DNA from: a virus
Strand: one strand, 5' to 3'
Virus record (IMG/VR): IMGVR_UViG_3300032316_000329
Location: 64,001 to 128,000 of that record
DNA length: 64,000 bases
Shown: positions 29,068 through 38,111 of the stretch, piece by piece
Numbering within the stretch: the stretch's first letter is position 1
How the letters are laid out: every line of letters starts with the position of its first letter
Program-made: the position numbers and the translations under genes
The notes under the pieces: model-generated
Databases searched by the model: none
What the model was told of the DNA's origin: nothing
What the model saw: only the letters and a program-made list of their open reading frames with translations

Positions 29068-29852
29068 AAACATTTCACTTTCTATCAGGATTACCTAGAA
29101 CAGGGTCAACGGTTCTTGAATCATTACTCAATCAAAATCCGCAAGTATATGTTACACCAACATCACCTCTACTACATCTATTAAATAAAAATCAAGAAGA
29201 GTTTCATCAATGTCCCGAGGTTATTGCTAATCCCGTCTCAGATATGCTTACTAATGTTTCTCGTGGTATGATAGAAGGTTGCTGGGAACACAGACCAGAA
29301 CCTATCATCATTGACAAGCATCGCGGTTGGGGTAAGAATATGCCGGCGACTACGATTGTTTTTGATAAAGAAATTAAAATGGTTGCTACTATCCGAGACA
29401 TACCTTCTATAATGGCCAGTTGGTTAACTCTTATTAGAAATCAACCAAACAACTTTATCAAAAGAACTGTTATTGAAAAAGGTTTTGAAGCAACAGAAGA
29501 AAATATGATGGCAGAAATGTGGTTTGGTCATGTTCTAGATTGTGTTGAGTCGGTTGCTATGGCAAGAAAGACAGCATCTAATAGAATGTTAGAAATACGG
29601 TATGATGACTTTATTAAAGATTCAAAACAACAGATTTCTAAAATTGAATCTTTTCTTGAACTACCTTCTTTTGAATATGATTTTGAAAACATACAAAATA
29701 ACAACATAAACAATGATCACGAAGCATTTGGATTCATTGATATGCATAAGGTCAGACCAAAGGTGGAAAAGATTGCTAAACATCCAAAAGATGTATTAGG
29801 TGATAGTCTTTACAATAGGTTTGTTGATCTTGAAAGGCAGTATTTGAGATGA
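29064..29852 (+). CDS. Sulfotransferase
   Basis: FLSGLPRTGST.L..LLNQNP PAPS-binding loop; IDK.R.W; IRD. Confidence 0.85.
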   Translation: MKTFHFLSGLPRTGSTVLESLLNQNPQVYVTPTSPLLHLLNKNQEEFHQCPEVIANPVSDMLTNVSRGMIEGCWEHRPEPIIIDKHRGWGKNMPATTIVFDKEIKMVATIRDIPSIMASWLTLIRNQPNNFIKRTVIEKGFEATEENMMAEMWFGHVLDCVESVAMARKTASNRMLEIRYDDFIKDSKQQISKIESFLELPSFEYDFENIQNNNINNDHEAFGFIDMHKVRPKVEKIAKHPKDVLGDSLYNRFVDLERQYLR

Positions 29853-30274
29853 AAAAGATTTTAATTATGGGACTACCCGGTTCAGGCAAGACGACATTTG
29901 CCGAAGAGTTGAGAAAACAACTATTAGCAAAGAGTAGAACTGCGGCCTGGTTTAATGCCGATGTTATTCGTAAAATGCATAACGATTGGGACTTTTCACC
30001 AGAAGGTCGTATAAGACAGGCTAATAGAATGAGAATATTGGCCGATGGTATGATGACTGATTATGTTATCTGCGATTTTGTGGCACCAACAGAAGAAATC
30101 AGAACACAATTTAAGGCAGACTTTACAATTTGGATGGACACCGAAACAAAATCAGATTATGAAGATACTGATAAATTGTTTGAGCGTCCAACCAAATGGG
30201 ATTATATTGTTAAGATGAAAGATGTTCCTAATACAGTTAGTCCATGCGTTGAACAAATTCTGAAACTTGGGTAA
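29849..30274 (+). CDS. cysC: Adenylylsulfate (APS) kinase-like protein, short
   Basis: GLPGSGKTT P-loop; NAD.IR....DFS.EGR.RQ..R; ICDFVAP...R; FE.P. Confidence 0.75.
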   Translation: MKKILIMGLPGSGKTTFAEELRKQLLAKSRTAAWFNADVIRKMHNDWDFSPEGRIRQANRMRILADGMMTDYVICDFVAPTEEIRTQFKADFTIWMDTETKSDYEDTDKLFERPTKWDYIVKMKDVPNTVSPCVEQILKLG

Positions 30275-31049
30275 ACTTATGGTCAAATACTTTTCTCGCA
30301 CAACTGTATGTCTGATACTTGCCTTTAATAATCTCAGGCATATCAATGAACTTAACCGGAACATTATACTTATCAGCAACAATCACTGCCACATCTAAGA
30401 ATGAAATAGGATGGGAACAACCTAAATCAAAGATACCTTCTTTGGCATTTGTTGTAATAATCTTAATGATATCACCAACCCAAACAAAGTCACGATAGGT
30501 ATTTTCCGACCCTTTGAAAATCTTAATCACTCCATCATTCTTAGCCTGCTCCGAGAAACGATAGACTGGTGAGGTACAAAAGTCCGATTTCTTTTCATCG
30601 GCACCATATACATTGAAATAACGATAACCTGTAATCGGTGCGGTAAAAGATGACCTATTTTCCATAACCCACAAATCAACGGTATACTTAGAAACAGCAT
30701 AGTAGTTTAGTGGATTATAATCATATGTTTTATTAACCGCCATAGACTGGCCATATACAGAACCAGAAGATGCATAGTGAACAGGAATCTTATGCTTAAT
30801 GGCCTTCTCAAAAATCTCAACCGATGACTGGACATTCCATCGCATTACCTTCAATACATCTAGTTCGGTTGTATTAGAGATAGCACCTTGGTGATAAATC
30901 ATTGTAATCTTATCCCACGGTACCTGTTTTGCCAATTCAATTGGGTCACCATCTACGGCATCAAAACCATATACCTTATTACCTTGTTGTTCTAAATGCT
31001 TTACAAGGTTTCTACCAATAAATCCTTTATGTCCTGTAACTAAAATCAT
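30237..31049 (-). CDS. hldD: ADP-L-glycero-D-manno-heptose 6-epimerase
   Basis: VTG.KGFIG; HQGAISNTTE; YASSGSVYG; PLNYYAVSK (YxxxK); RYFNVYG; RDFVWV.D. Confidence 0.85.
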   Translation of the reverse strand: MILVTGHKGFIGRNLVKHLEQQGNKVYGFDAVDGDPIELAKQVPWDKITMIYHQGAISNTTELDVLKVMRWNVQSSVEIFEKAIKHKIPVHYASSGSVYGQSMAVNKTYDYNPLNYYAVSKYTVDLWVMENRSSFTAPITGYRYFNVYGADEKKSDFCTSPVYRFSEQAKNDGVIKIFKGSENTYRDFVWVGDIIKIITTNAKEGIFDLGCSHPISFLDVAVIVADKYNVPVKFIDMPEIIKGKYQTYSCARKVFDHKFTQVSEFVQRMD

Positions 31050-31396
31050 TGTCCGTCTCCTGGTATAACTCTATAACTATCACTATCATAATGTGTGGTT
31101 GATACTTCTATAAGAACCGAATTGTCCTCTAGAGCCTCAATCTGATGTGGTCGACCTGGTTCATTTACCCAAGTATCACCTTCTTTAAGTATAATATTAT
31201 GTTTAGAGGCATCTTTTGTTTCTATCCAGTGGATTTTAAACATACCGCTTTGAACATAGAATGTTTCATGTTTCTTCATATGGAAATGCATTGACCCTTT
31301 TGAACCGGCCTTGTCGTGTATAAGGAGTTTGCCACAATACATTTCATTATTGGCAAAAATGACCTCTCTACCCCATTTCTTTTCAACAGTGTCCAT
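31046..31396 (-). CDS. Cupin (sugar-phosphate isomerase-like)
   Basis: K.WG.E....YCGKLL..SMHFH..K.ETFYV..G..P...H......EVST. Confidence 0.75.
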   Translation of the reverse strand: MDTVEKKWGREVIFANNEMYCGKLLIHDKAGSKGSMHFHMKKHETFYVQSGMFKIHWIETKDASKHNIILKEGDTWVNEPGRPHQIEALEDNSVLIEVSTTHYDSDSYRVIPGDGQ

Positions 31397-32561
31397 TCAA
31401 ATGCTCCAATATATTCGTGGTAGAAAATCCTTCAACATACGGTATAATAGTTGTAACAACTGGCCGTCCATTAACATCATATGTTTTAGAAACATAGTCA
31501 CCACCTTTTGTAATGATATCTGGATTAACTTTCTTGATCAACTCGTATGGTGAATCCTCTTCAAATATAATTACCTCGTCCACACAAGAAAGGGACTCCA
31601 ATATTAATTTTCGGTCCTCTTGTTTGTTAAACGGTCTATCGTTACCTTTGCGCCTTCTCACAGAATCATCCGAGTTCAAACCAACAATAAGATAATCACC
31701 AAGTTCTTTTGACTTTTGTAGATATTCAATATGTCCTTTGTGAATAACATCAAAGCAACCGTTGGTGAATACAATTTTCTTTTCTACGGTTCTTATATCA
31801 TCCTCAGTTAGTGTATAGGTTCCAAAGTGACTAACCGATAATGCTGCTAGTTTATTCGCCTTGACACAGGCCTTATGTATATCTTCTCCTTTGGCCAGAT
31901 AATATGTCATAGCGGCAATAAACACATCACCAGCACCCGTAACATCGGCAACCTCTTTATCAATACCTTCTAATTTGATTATCCGACCTTCCTCTACAAT
32001 AATAGGTCCTTTGCTACCACGAGTAATAACAAAAGTTCCAACATTGTAGAACTTTCTGGTATCTTGATAACTATCACCTACCATAGCAAACTTATGGTAT
32101 TCTTCCTCATTCATCTTGATAATATCGGCACCTTCATAGTTGACCAGAGATTTCTTTGGATCAACTATTACAATCTTACCCTGTTGTTTTAGTTTATGAA
32201 TTAGTTGCTGACTTTTAGATAAGACACCTTTATTATAATCGGAAAGAATGACATATTTGGTTTCTTCAGGAAATTCTATTTGAGAGATATCAGCGGTGCT
32301 AATCTTATCTTCATCCACACGGAACATAATGTGACCGTTACATACATATCTTTTCTTGACCGAATAATCAAGGGCATCAGAATAGTAATCTACACATACA
32401 CCAAGGTTTATTAGATTGTTATTAACATTAGAGGCGCCGCCGGCACGACTTTCTTCTTTAATGATATCAAAGATAGGAATGGGAGATTCTGGAGAGAACC
32501 GGTTCATTTTTCCATAAATATAGATATCCGATATATGATCACCAATCAATCCGATTTTCAT
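31383..32561 (-). CDS. hldE: Bifunctional heptose-7-phosphate kinase / heptose-1-phosphate adenylyltransferase
   Basis: PfkB domain (SPE.PIP, GGA.NV, SDY.KG, VDPK, DVTGAGD) fused to VFTNGCFD.IH.GH..GLNSD.SV..KG..RP..KGGDY; ATG 32561 after GGAG. Confidence 0.9.
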   Translation of the reverse strand: MKIGLIGDHISDIYIYGKMNRFSPESPIPIFDIIKEESRAGGASNVNNNLINLGVCVDYYSDALDYSVKKRYVCNGHIMFRVDEDKISTADISQIEFPEETKYVILSDYNKGVLSKSQQLIHKLKQQGKIVIVDPKKSLVNYEGADIIKMNEEEYHKFAMVGDSYQDTRKFYNVGTFVITRGSKGPIIVEEGRIIKLEGIDKEVADVTGAGDVFIAAMTYYLAKGEDIHKACVKANKLAALSVSHFGTYTLTEDDIRTVEKKIVFTNGCFDVIHKGHIEYLQKSKELGDYLIVGLNSDDSVRRRKGNDRPFNKQEDRKLILESLSCVDEVIIFEEDSPYELIKKVNPDIITKGGDYVSKTYDVNGRPVVTTIIPYVEGFSTTNILEHLNGHC

Positions 32562-32583
32562 TATATACTCCGAGTTGTCGGAC

Positions 32584-32612
32584 ACTGTAACATAAATATA
32601 TATAGTAGTCAA
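32584..32612 (-). promoter_or_regulatory. Putative sigma70 promoter for hldE-cupin-hldD, overlapping the divergent late promoter ATAAATA (32592-32598, +) of gp13
   Basis: Minus strand TTGACT-17 bp-TACAGT with a TG extension. Confidence 0.5.
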
Positions 32613-32627
32613 CCATAGGCCAGTGGA

Positions 32628-33377
32628 ATGTCACAATCTAAACCAGCAAATAAAGAAGAACTTAAAGATTTCTGCCTACGTCAGTTAGGATTTCCGGTCA
32701 TACAAATTAATGTGGATGATGTCCAGGTTGATGATGCTGTTGAACTGGCATTTGAGTATTGGAATGAGTTTCACTTTGACGGAACAGAACGGACATATGT
32801 TAAGCACCAAGTAACACAGACGAATAAAGACAATGGATATGTCCAGTTGTCTGATGCTATTATCGGTGCTGTAAGAATTTTCCCTGTTGGTGGCACCAAT
32901 CAGTCCATGGGTATGTTTGATTTGAGATATCAACTCCGTCTAAACGATTTATGGGATTTGTCATCAACATCTTATACCAACTATTCACTCACCATGCAGC
33001 ATTTAAGAACACTAGATATGTTGTTTTCTGGTGAAACACCAGTCCGTTTCAATAAGATTAACAACCGTCTTTATATAGATCAGGCCTGGGCCACCGATGT
33101 TGATGTTGGTGAATGGATTATTGTAGAGGCTATGGTTATTACCGACCCTAGTGCATATACAAAAGTATGGAATGATCGTATGTTAAAGAAACTATGCACC
33201 GCCTATGTTAAGAAACAATGGGGTGTTAATATGAAAAAGTTCGGCGGTATGCAGTTACCAGGTGGTGTCACTATGAACGGTCAGCAAATCTTTGATGAGG
33301 CGGTTAAAGAGATTACCGAGGCAGAAACCGAGATTAGAAATACATACGAGCAACCACCAATTTTTCTTGTAGGATAA
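32628..33377 (+). CDS. gp13: Neck protein
   Basis: ELKDFCLR.LG.PVI.INV...Q..D; KKQWG.N.KKF.G.QLPGGVT.NG. Confidence 0.95.
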   Translation: MSQSKPANKEELKDFCLRQLGFPVIQINVDDVQVDDAVELAFEYWNEFHFDGTERTYVKHQVTQTNKDNGYVQLSDAIIGAVRIFPVGGTNQSMGMFDLRYQLRLNDLWDLSSTSYTNYSLTMQHLRTLDMLFSGETPVRFNKINNRLYIDQAWATDVDVGEWIIVEAMVITDPSAYTKVWNDRMLKKLCTAYVKKQWGVNMKKFGGMQLPGGVTMNGQQIFDEAVKEITEAETEIRNTYEQPPIFLVG

Positions 33378-33378
33378 T

Positions 33379-34278
33379 ATGGCAGTCAACGGATACTTCA
33401 ACAATTTTCCAGGACAAGCAAGAATTAATAATGAACATATGCTCATGGAGGATGTTATTGTTGAAAGCATCCAGGTTATGGGCCATAATGTTTATTATAT
33501 TCCAAGAGAATCACTTGACAATGTAGATATGATCTTTGGTGAATCCACCAAGGTCAAGTTTAAACACGCTTATCTTATAGAAGCATACCTTGCGAATGTT
33601 GAAGGTTTTGAGGGTGATAACGATTTCTTCTCCAAGTTTGGTTTAGAGATTAGAGATACTTCCAACTTTGTTCTATCACGCCGGTCATTTGCCAAATATG
33701 TTCCTTCTTCTTTAAGACAGAGGCCACAGGAAGGCGATCTTGTTTATGTTCCAGTATTACATCGTATGTTTGAGATTAAGTTTATTGAAGAAGAATTAAT
33801 GTTCTTCTCATTAGGCAAGAGAAATCCTTTTGTCTATGAAATGCGTTGCGAACAGTTCCGTTATAGTCAAGAAGAGTTTGATACTGGCGTTGGTGAGGTT
33901 GATGAGGTTGAAGAAGAAAACGCATACACCATTAAGATTACACTAAACACAACTGGCACAGGTTCATTTATTGATGGTGAAACAATCTATCAATCACCAG
34001 ACAGGACATGGGCCAATAACTCGGCATCAGGTAGAATTAAAGAATGGTATGCTGCTAATGGTATGATGTTACTTTATGATGTTGAAGGATCATTTAGTGC
34101 TAATTCTAATGTTTATTCTAATACCACAAATGCAGTCTATAAAACAATTATTAGTGCAACTGGTATTGATATTATGACCGATTATAATGACTATGATATG
34201 TCCGATAATGAAGATTTTAATGAAGGTGCTACACTTATTCTTGATCTATCCGAACTTAACCCATTTGGCGTCCCATAA
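33379..34278 (+). CDS. gp14: Neck protein
   Basis: ESIQ..G..VYYIPR; GFEG...FFSKFGLEIRD; RP.EGDL; FSE/LSE.NPFG-type C-terminus. Confidence 0.95.
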   Translation: MAVNGYFNNFPGQARINNEHMLMEDVIVESIQVMGHNVYYIPRESLDNVDMIFGESTKVKFKHAYLIEAYLANVEGFEGDNDFFSKFGLEIRDTSNFVLSRRSFAKYVPSSLRQRPQEGDLVYVPVLHRMFEIKFIEEELMFFSLGKRNPFVYEMRCEQFRYSQEEFDTGVGEVDEVEEENAYTIKITLNTTGTGSFIDGETIYQSPDRTWANNSASGRIKEWYAANGMMLLYDVEGSFSANSNVYSNTTNAVYKTIISATGIDIMTDYNDYDMSDNEDFNEGATLILDLSELNPFGVP

Positions 34279-35285
34279 TGTTACAAAACGCACATTTTTA
34301 TCACCAACTTACACGCAAGGCAGTCATTCTATTCGGTAGATTGTTTGATGATGTTTTTGTTATCAGAAAGAATAATACCACCGGTAAAGAGGTAGACCGT
34401 TTCTTAGTTCCTATCATCTATTCTCCTAAGGAGAAGATGGTTACTCGTTTGTTTTCGGATCCGGATCTCCAGAAGCAACTTCAAGTTGTTTTACCAAGAA
34501 TGTCTTTTGAGATTACTGGTATTTCCTATGACGCAACCAGAAAACAAAATTCTCTATTAAGATCTGCTAAGTCTAATACATCTACCCGTGTTTCATCTTC
34601 ATATATGGGTGTTCCTTATGATATTACATTTTCTCTAAACATCTATGCAAGAAACATTGATGATGGCACTCATATTGTAGAACAGATTTTACCGTTCTTT
34701 AATCCAGATTTCACAGTAACAACTAATATGATTCCTGATCTAGGATTCTTAAAAGATATTCCTGTAATTCTGAATAGTGTAACAAACAATATTGAATATG
34801 AAGGTAACTTTGACTCTGTAAGATATGTGAATTGGACTTTAACATTCACTATGAAGATGCATTACTATGGCCCAATTAGTTATCCAAAGATTATTCGTAC
34901 CGTTTATGCAAACATCTATAATGATCCTAAATTGCAATCAGGTTATATAACAAGATTGAATGTTGTAAATGCTAATGGTACATTTAAACAAGAAGATATG
35001 GTTTATCAAGGTAGCAATTATAGAACCGCAAATGCATACGGTATCGTTGTTAGTTATAGTGCAAATAATTCTAAATTGATATTAGGTGCTACACAAGGTC
35101 AATTTGTGGTTAATAATACGATTCGTGCAGTATCAACAAACGGTGTATGCAAAATTCAATCTTTTGAGGCAACACCATTAAAATTGACGGAAATTAAAAT
35201 CCAACCGGATCCTATTACAGCGGAACCGGGCGATGATTATGGATATGATATTGAGATAACAGAGTGGCCTGACACAGAAACATAA
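34278..35285 (+). CDS. gp15: Tail sheath stabilizer/terminator
   Basis: FYH...RK.V..FG.LF; VPI.Y.PKEK; LPRMSFEI; IVEQILPFF.P. Confidence 0.95.
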   Translation: MLQNAHFYHQLTRKAVILFGRLFDDVFVIRKNNTTGKEVDRFLVPIIYSPKEKMVTRLFSDPDLQKQLQVVLPRMSFEITGISYDATRKQNSLLRSAKSNTSTRVSSSYMGVPYDITFSLNIYARNIDDGTHIVEQILPFFNPDFTVTTNMIPDLGFLKDIPVILNSVTNNIEYEGNFDSVRYVNWTLTFTMKMHYYGPISYPKIIRTVYANIYNDPKLQSGYITRLNVVNANGTFKQEDMVYQGSNYRTANAYGIVVSYSANNSKLILGATQGQFVVNNTIRAVSTNGVCKIQSFEATPLKLTEIKIQPDPITAEPGDDYGYDIEITEWPDTET

Positions 35286-35321
35286 ATAGGTTAAACCTTT
35301 AACAATTTAATAGGCAGAATT

Positions 35322-37613
35322 ATGCAAGAAGAAATTAATGTAGGTACAGTTGCTAATGATGGTACAGGTGACACGCTCCGAGTAGCATTTATCCGAACCA
35401 ATAACAACTTTTCCGAGTTGTATTATCACCACGCCAATACAACCGCCAACATTGCCAATCTTACAAATATTGTAAGTTCTTTTGACCTTTCCATTTATAC
35501 TACACTAAATTCAGCATTTAATGTTGCCAACTCTGCCTATGTGTTTGCAAACGGTGTTTCTGTTAATACGACATCTGGTTATGCTGTTATCAATAGTTCT
35601 TTTGGTTTTGCTAATTCAGTTTCTATTGTAGCAAACGCAGGATTTTCGGTATCAAACTCTGCATACGGTATTGCTAACATAGCATTTGGATTTGCCAATG
35701 GTGTTGCTACTAATACAACGGCAGCATTTGGATTTGCCAATGGTGTATCAACCAATACAACGGCAGGATATGCTGTTGCCAATTCGGCGTATAATTTTGC
35801 TAACGGTGTTTCAACAAACACCACGGCAGCATTTGGATTTGCTAACGGTGTTTCTACCAATACAACGGCCGCATTTGGATTTGCCAATACAGTTAATACA
35901 TTTGCCTACGGTGTTAATGCTAATTTAACATCTGGATATGCTGTTGCCAACTCCGCGTATAATTTTGCCAATGGTGTATCAACCAATACTTCTGCTGCAT
36001 TTGGATTTGCTAACGGTGTTTCCACCAACACAACTTCCGCATTTGATTTAGTTAATGTCGTTTTTGGTTATGCAAATACAATCTCGGTCGCAGGTAATGT
36101 TAATGCAACGGTAGAACTTATTACAGGTGTTTTTGGTGTTGCTAACATAGCATTTAATACTGCCAATGCCGCTTTTGGAAATGCTAATGCCGTCTTAGTA
36201 TTGGCATCAGCAGCATTTGACCGTGCCAATCTTTCCAATGATGTTCTTTATGTGGCATCTGCTTTTAATACCGCGAATGCCGCTTTTGGAAACTCAAACG
36301 CAATTTTGGTTTTAGCATCAGCAGCATTTGACCGTGCCAATCTTTCCAATGATGTTCTTTATGTGGCATCTGCTTTTGATAAAGCTAACGCAGCAAATGT
36401 TCTAGCATATGATACAGGTATTGCCGCCAATAATTATGCTGGTTCTATGGCAAATGCCGCTAATGCTTATGCGGCGTCATTAACACCAAACTTATCTCCT
36501 GTTTTCATCGTTGCCAATGCGGCCTTTAATGCTGCGAATAATGCGGTAACAGATTTTAGTCCTGCGTTTAATAAGGCTAATGATGCCTATACTTTGGCAA
36601 ATAATGCCTATATTTCATCAAATGGTGTTTTACTTGTGGCATCGGCCGCTTTCGCTCGGGCCAATGCTGCCAATGATGTTTTATTTGTAGCGGCCGCCTA
36701 TGATACTACTAATGCCGCATTTGGTAAAGCAAATGCTGCTTTTTCTAAGGCAAACATAGGTGCCGTATCAGTATCAAATACCGCACCTACTTCACCATCA
36801 GCAAATTCCCTTTGGTGGAATCCCGATTATGGTAGGATGTTCATATATTATAACGATGGTGACACCTCACAATGGGTTGATACTAATCGTGCTTCTGACT
36901 ATTCTAATATGTTTTCTGTTGCTAACGCAGCATTTAACTATGCCAATTCTACTAATACCTTTATCATTGCCAATTATGCTACTCAAACGTCACTATCTAC
37001 GGCATTTGGATTAGCCAATACTTATGCTGGATCTATGGCCAATTCAGCAAATGTTTATGCTGGATCTATGGCCAATTCAGCAAATGTTTATGCTGGATCT
37101 ATGGCAAATAGTGTTAATACATTCACCAGTGCTACATATGCCACTATAACAAATGCGGCCGCATCCTTTACAGTTGCTAATGCGGCATTTAATAAAGCAA
37201 ATACCGGTGGACTTTCCGTCAATACAGAAACATCATCATCTTCAACATATTATCCATTATTTACATCAAATACAACCGGAACTATCGCATATGCTAATAT
37301 TTCTAATAGTGGTTTATATTTTGTTCCATCAACCGGAACACTGTCAGCAACGGTGTTTAACTCATTATCTGATATAACAGTTAAAGAAAACATTTCACCA
37401 ATCAATAACGCACTAGACATTGTTGATAAAATGCAAGGTGTAGGATTTACATGGAAGAAAACCGGTCGTCCATCATTCGGTGTTATTGCTCAGGAACTAG
37501 AAAAGGTCGCGCCAGAATTGGTAGATCAGGTAGATGGACTAAAAACAGTTAACTATGATGCGATCATTGCGTTCCTTATTGAAGCAATTAAAGAATTAAA
37601 AAATAAAGAATGA
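35322..37613 (+). CDS. Long Asn/Ala-repeat fibre with S74 chaperone (candidate neck/whisker fibre)
   Basis: INVGT.ANDGTGD.LR.AF...N.NF.ELY N-terminus (gp9/10/wac-like); 14-aa AFGFANGVSTNTTA repeats; WW..GR..YY.DG..QWV module; S74 C-terminus; late promoter 35282-35288. Confidence 0.8.
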   Translation: MQEEINVGTVANDGTGDTLRVAFIRTNNNFSELYYHHANTTANIANLTNIVSSFDLSIYTTLNSAFNVANSAYVFANGVSVNTTSGYAVINSSFGFANSVSIVANAGFSVSNSAYGIANIAFGFANGVATNTTAAFGFANGVSTNTTAGYAVANSAYNFANGVSTNTTAAFGFANGVSTNTTAAFGFANTVNTFAYGVNANLTSGYAVANSAYNFANGVSTNTSAAFGFANGVSTNTTSAFDLVNVVFGYANTISVAGNVNATVELITGVFGVANIAFNTANAAFGNANAVLVLASAAFDRANLSNDVLYVASAFNTANAAFGNSNAILVLASAAFDRANLSNDVLYVASAFDKANAANVLAYDTGIAANNYAGSMANAANAYAASLTPNLSPVFIVANAAFNAANNAVTDFSPAFNKANDAYTLANNAYISSNGVLLVASAAFARANAANDVLFVAAAYDTTNAAFGKANAAFSKANIGAVSVSNTAPTSPSANSLWWNPDYGRMFIYYNDGDTSQWVDTNRASDYSNMFSVANAAFNYANSTNTFIIANYATQTSLSTAFGLANTYAGSMANSANVYAGSMANSANVYAGSMANSVNTFTSATYATITNAAASFTVANAAFNKANTGGLSVNTETSSSSTYYPLFTSNTTGTIAYANISNSGLYFVPSTGTLSATVFNSLSDITVKENISPINNALDIVDKMQGVGFTWKKTGRPSFGVIAQELEKVAPELVDQVDGLKTVNYDAIIAFLIEAIKELKNKE
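37022..37105 (+). repeat. 33-bp tandem repeat (~2.5 copies)
   Basis: TTATGCTGGATCTATGGCCAATTCAGCAAATGT repeated (YAGSMANSANV). Confidence 0.9.
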
Positions 37614-37628
37614 TAAAGGTGTTATACT

Positions 37629-38111
37629 ATGGGCGTTGAAAAAAATCTATCAGATGCTTTGGGCATAGACCACGAAACACCTCCTGCTGAACCACGGCAG
37701 GAGGTTATTCCATATGAAGAACCTGAAACTCCTATTAATACAATGCAGGATCAAGAGGATGATTATCGTCTAGCAAGAAGGGTTCTTAGAAATCTTATCA
37801 CCAAAGGTAATGATGCGATTGAAGAAATTAGCCAGATTGCTAGACAGAATGAAAGTGCTAGAGGTTATGAGGTTGTTTCTACATTAATTAAAACGGTGGC
37901 AGATACGACTAAGGACCTATATAATGTTCAGAAGATGACAAAGGACTTAAAAGGTCCTGATCCTGACAGTGATCCACGTAAGAAAAGTGCGGACGCTGGC
38001 AATATCAACGTAGAACAAGCCGTATTCGTCGGTTCTGCGGCTGAATTGTTGGATGCTATTAAAAAGAAAAAAGAGCAAGATGGCCCGGACTCCTTACACA
38101 TATCAGAATAA
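37629..38111 (+). CDS. gp16: Terminase small subunit
   Basis: DY..AR..L..LI.KG..A...AR..E..R.YEV; N...AVFVGS..EL. Confidence 0.9.
   Translation: MGVEKNLSDALGIDHETPPAEPRQEVIPYEEPETPINTMQDQEDDYRLARRVLRNLITKGNDAIEEISQIARQNESARGYEVVSTLIKTVADTTKDLYNVQKMTKDLKGPDPDSDPRKKSADAGNINVEQAVFVGSAAELLDAIKKKKEQDGPDSLHISE

Noticed and set aside
30237-32561. Bacterial LPS locus or host contamination
   Set aside because: The genes are compact, AT-rich and overlap or abut phage genes seamlessly; no host-like flanks, integrase or att site seen.
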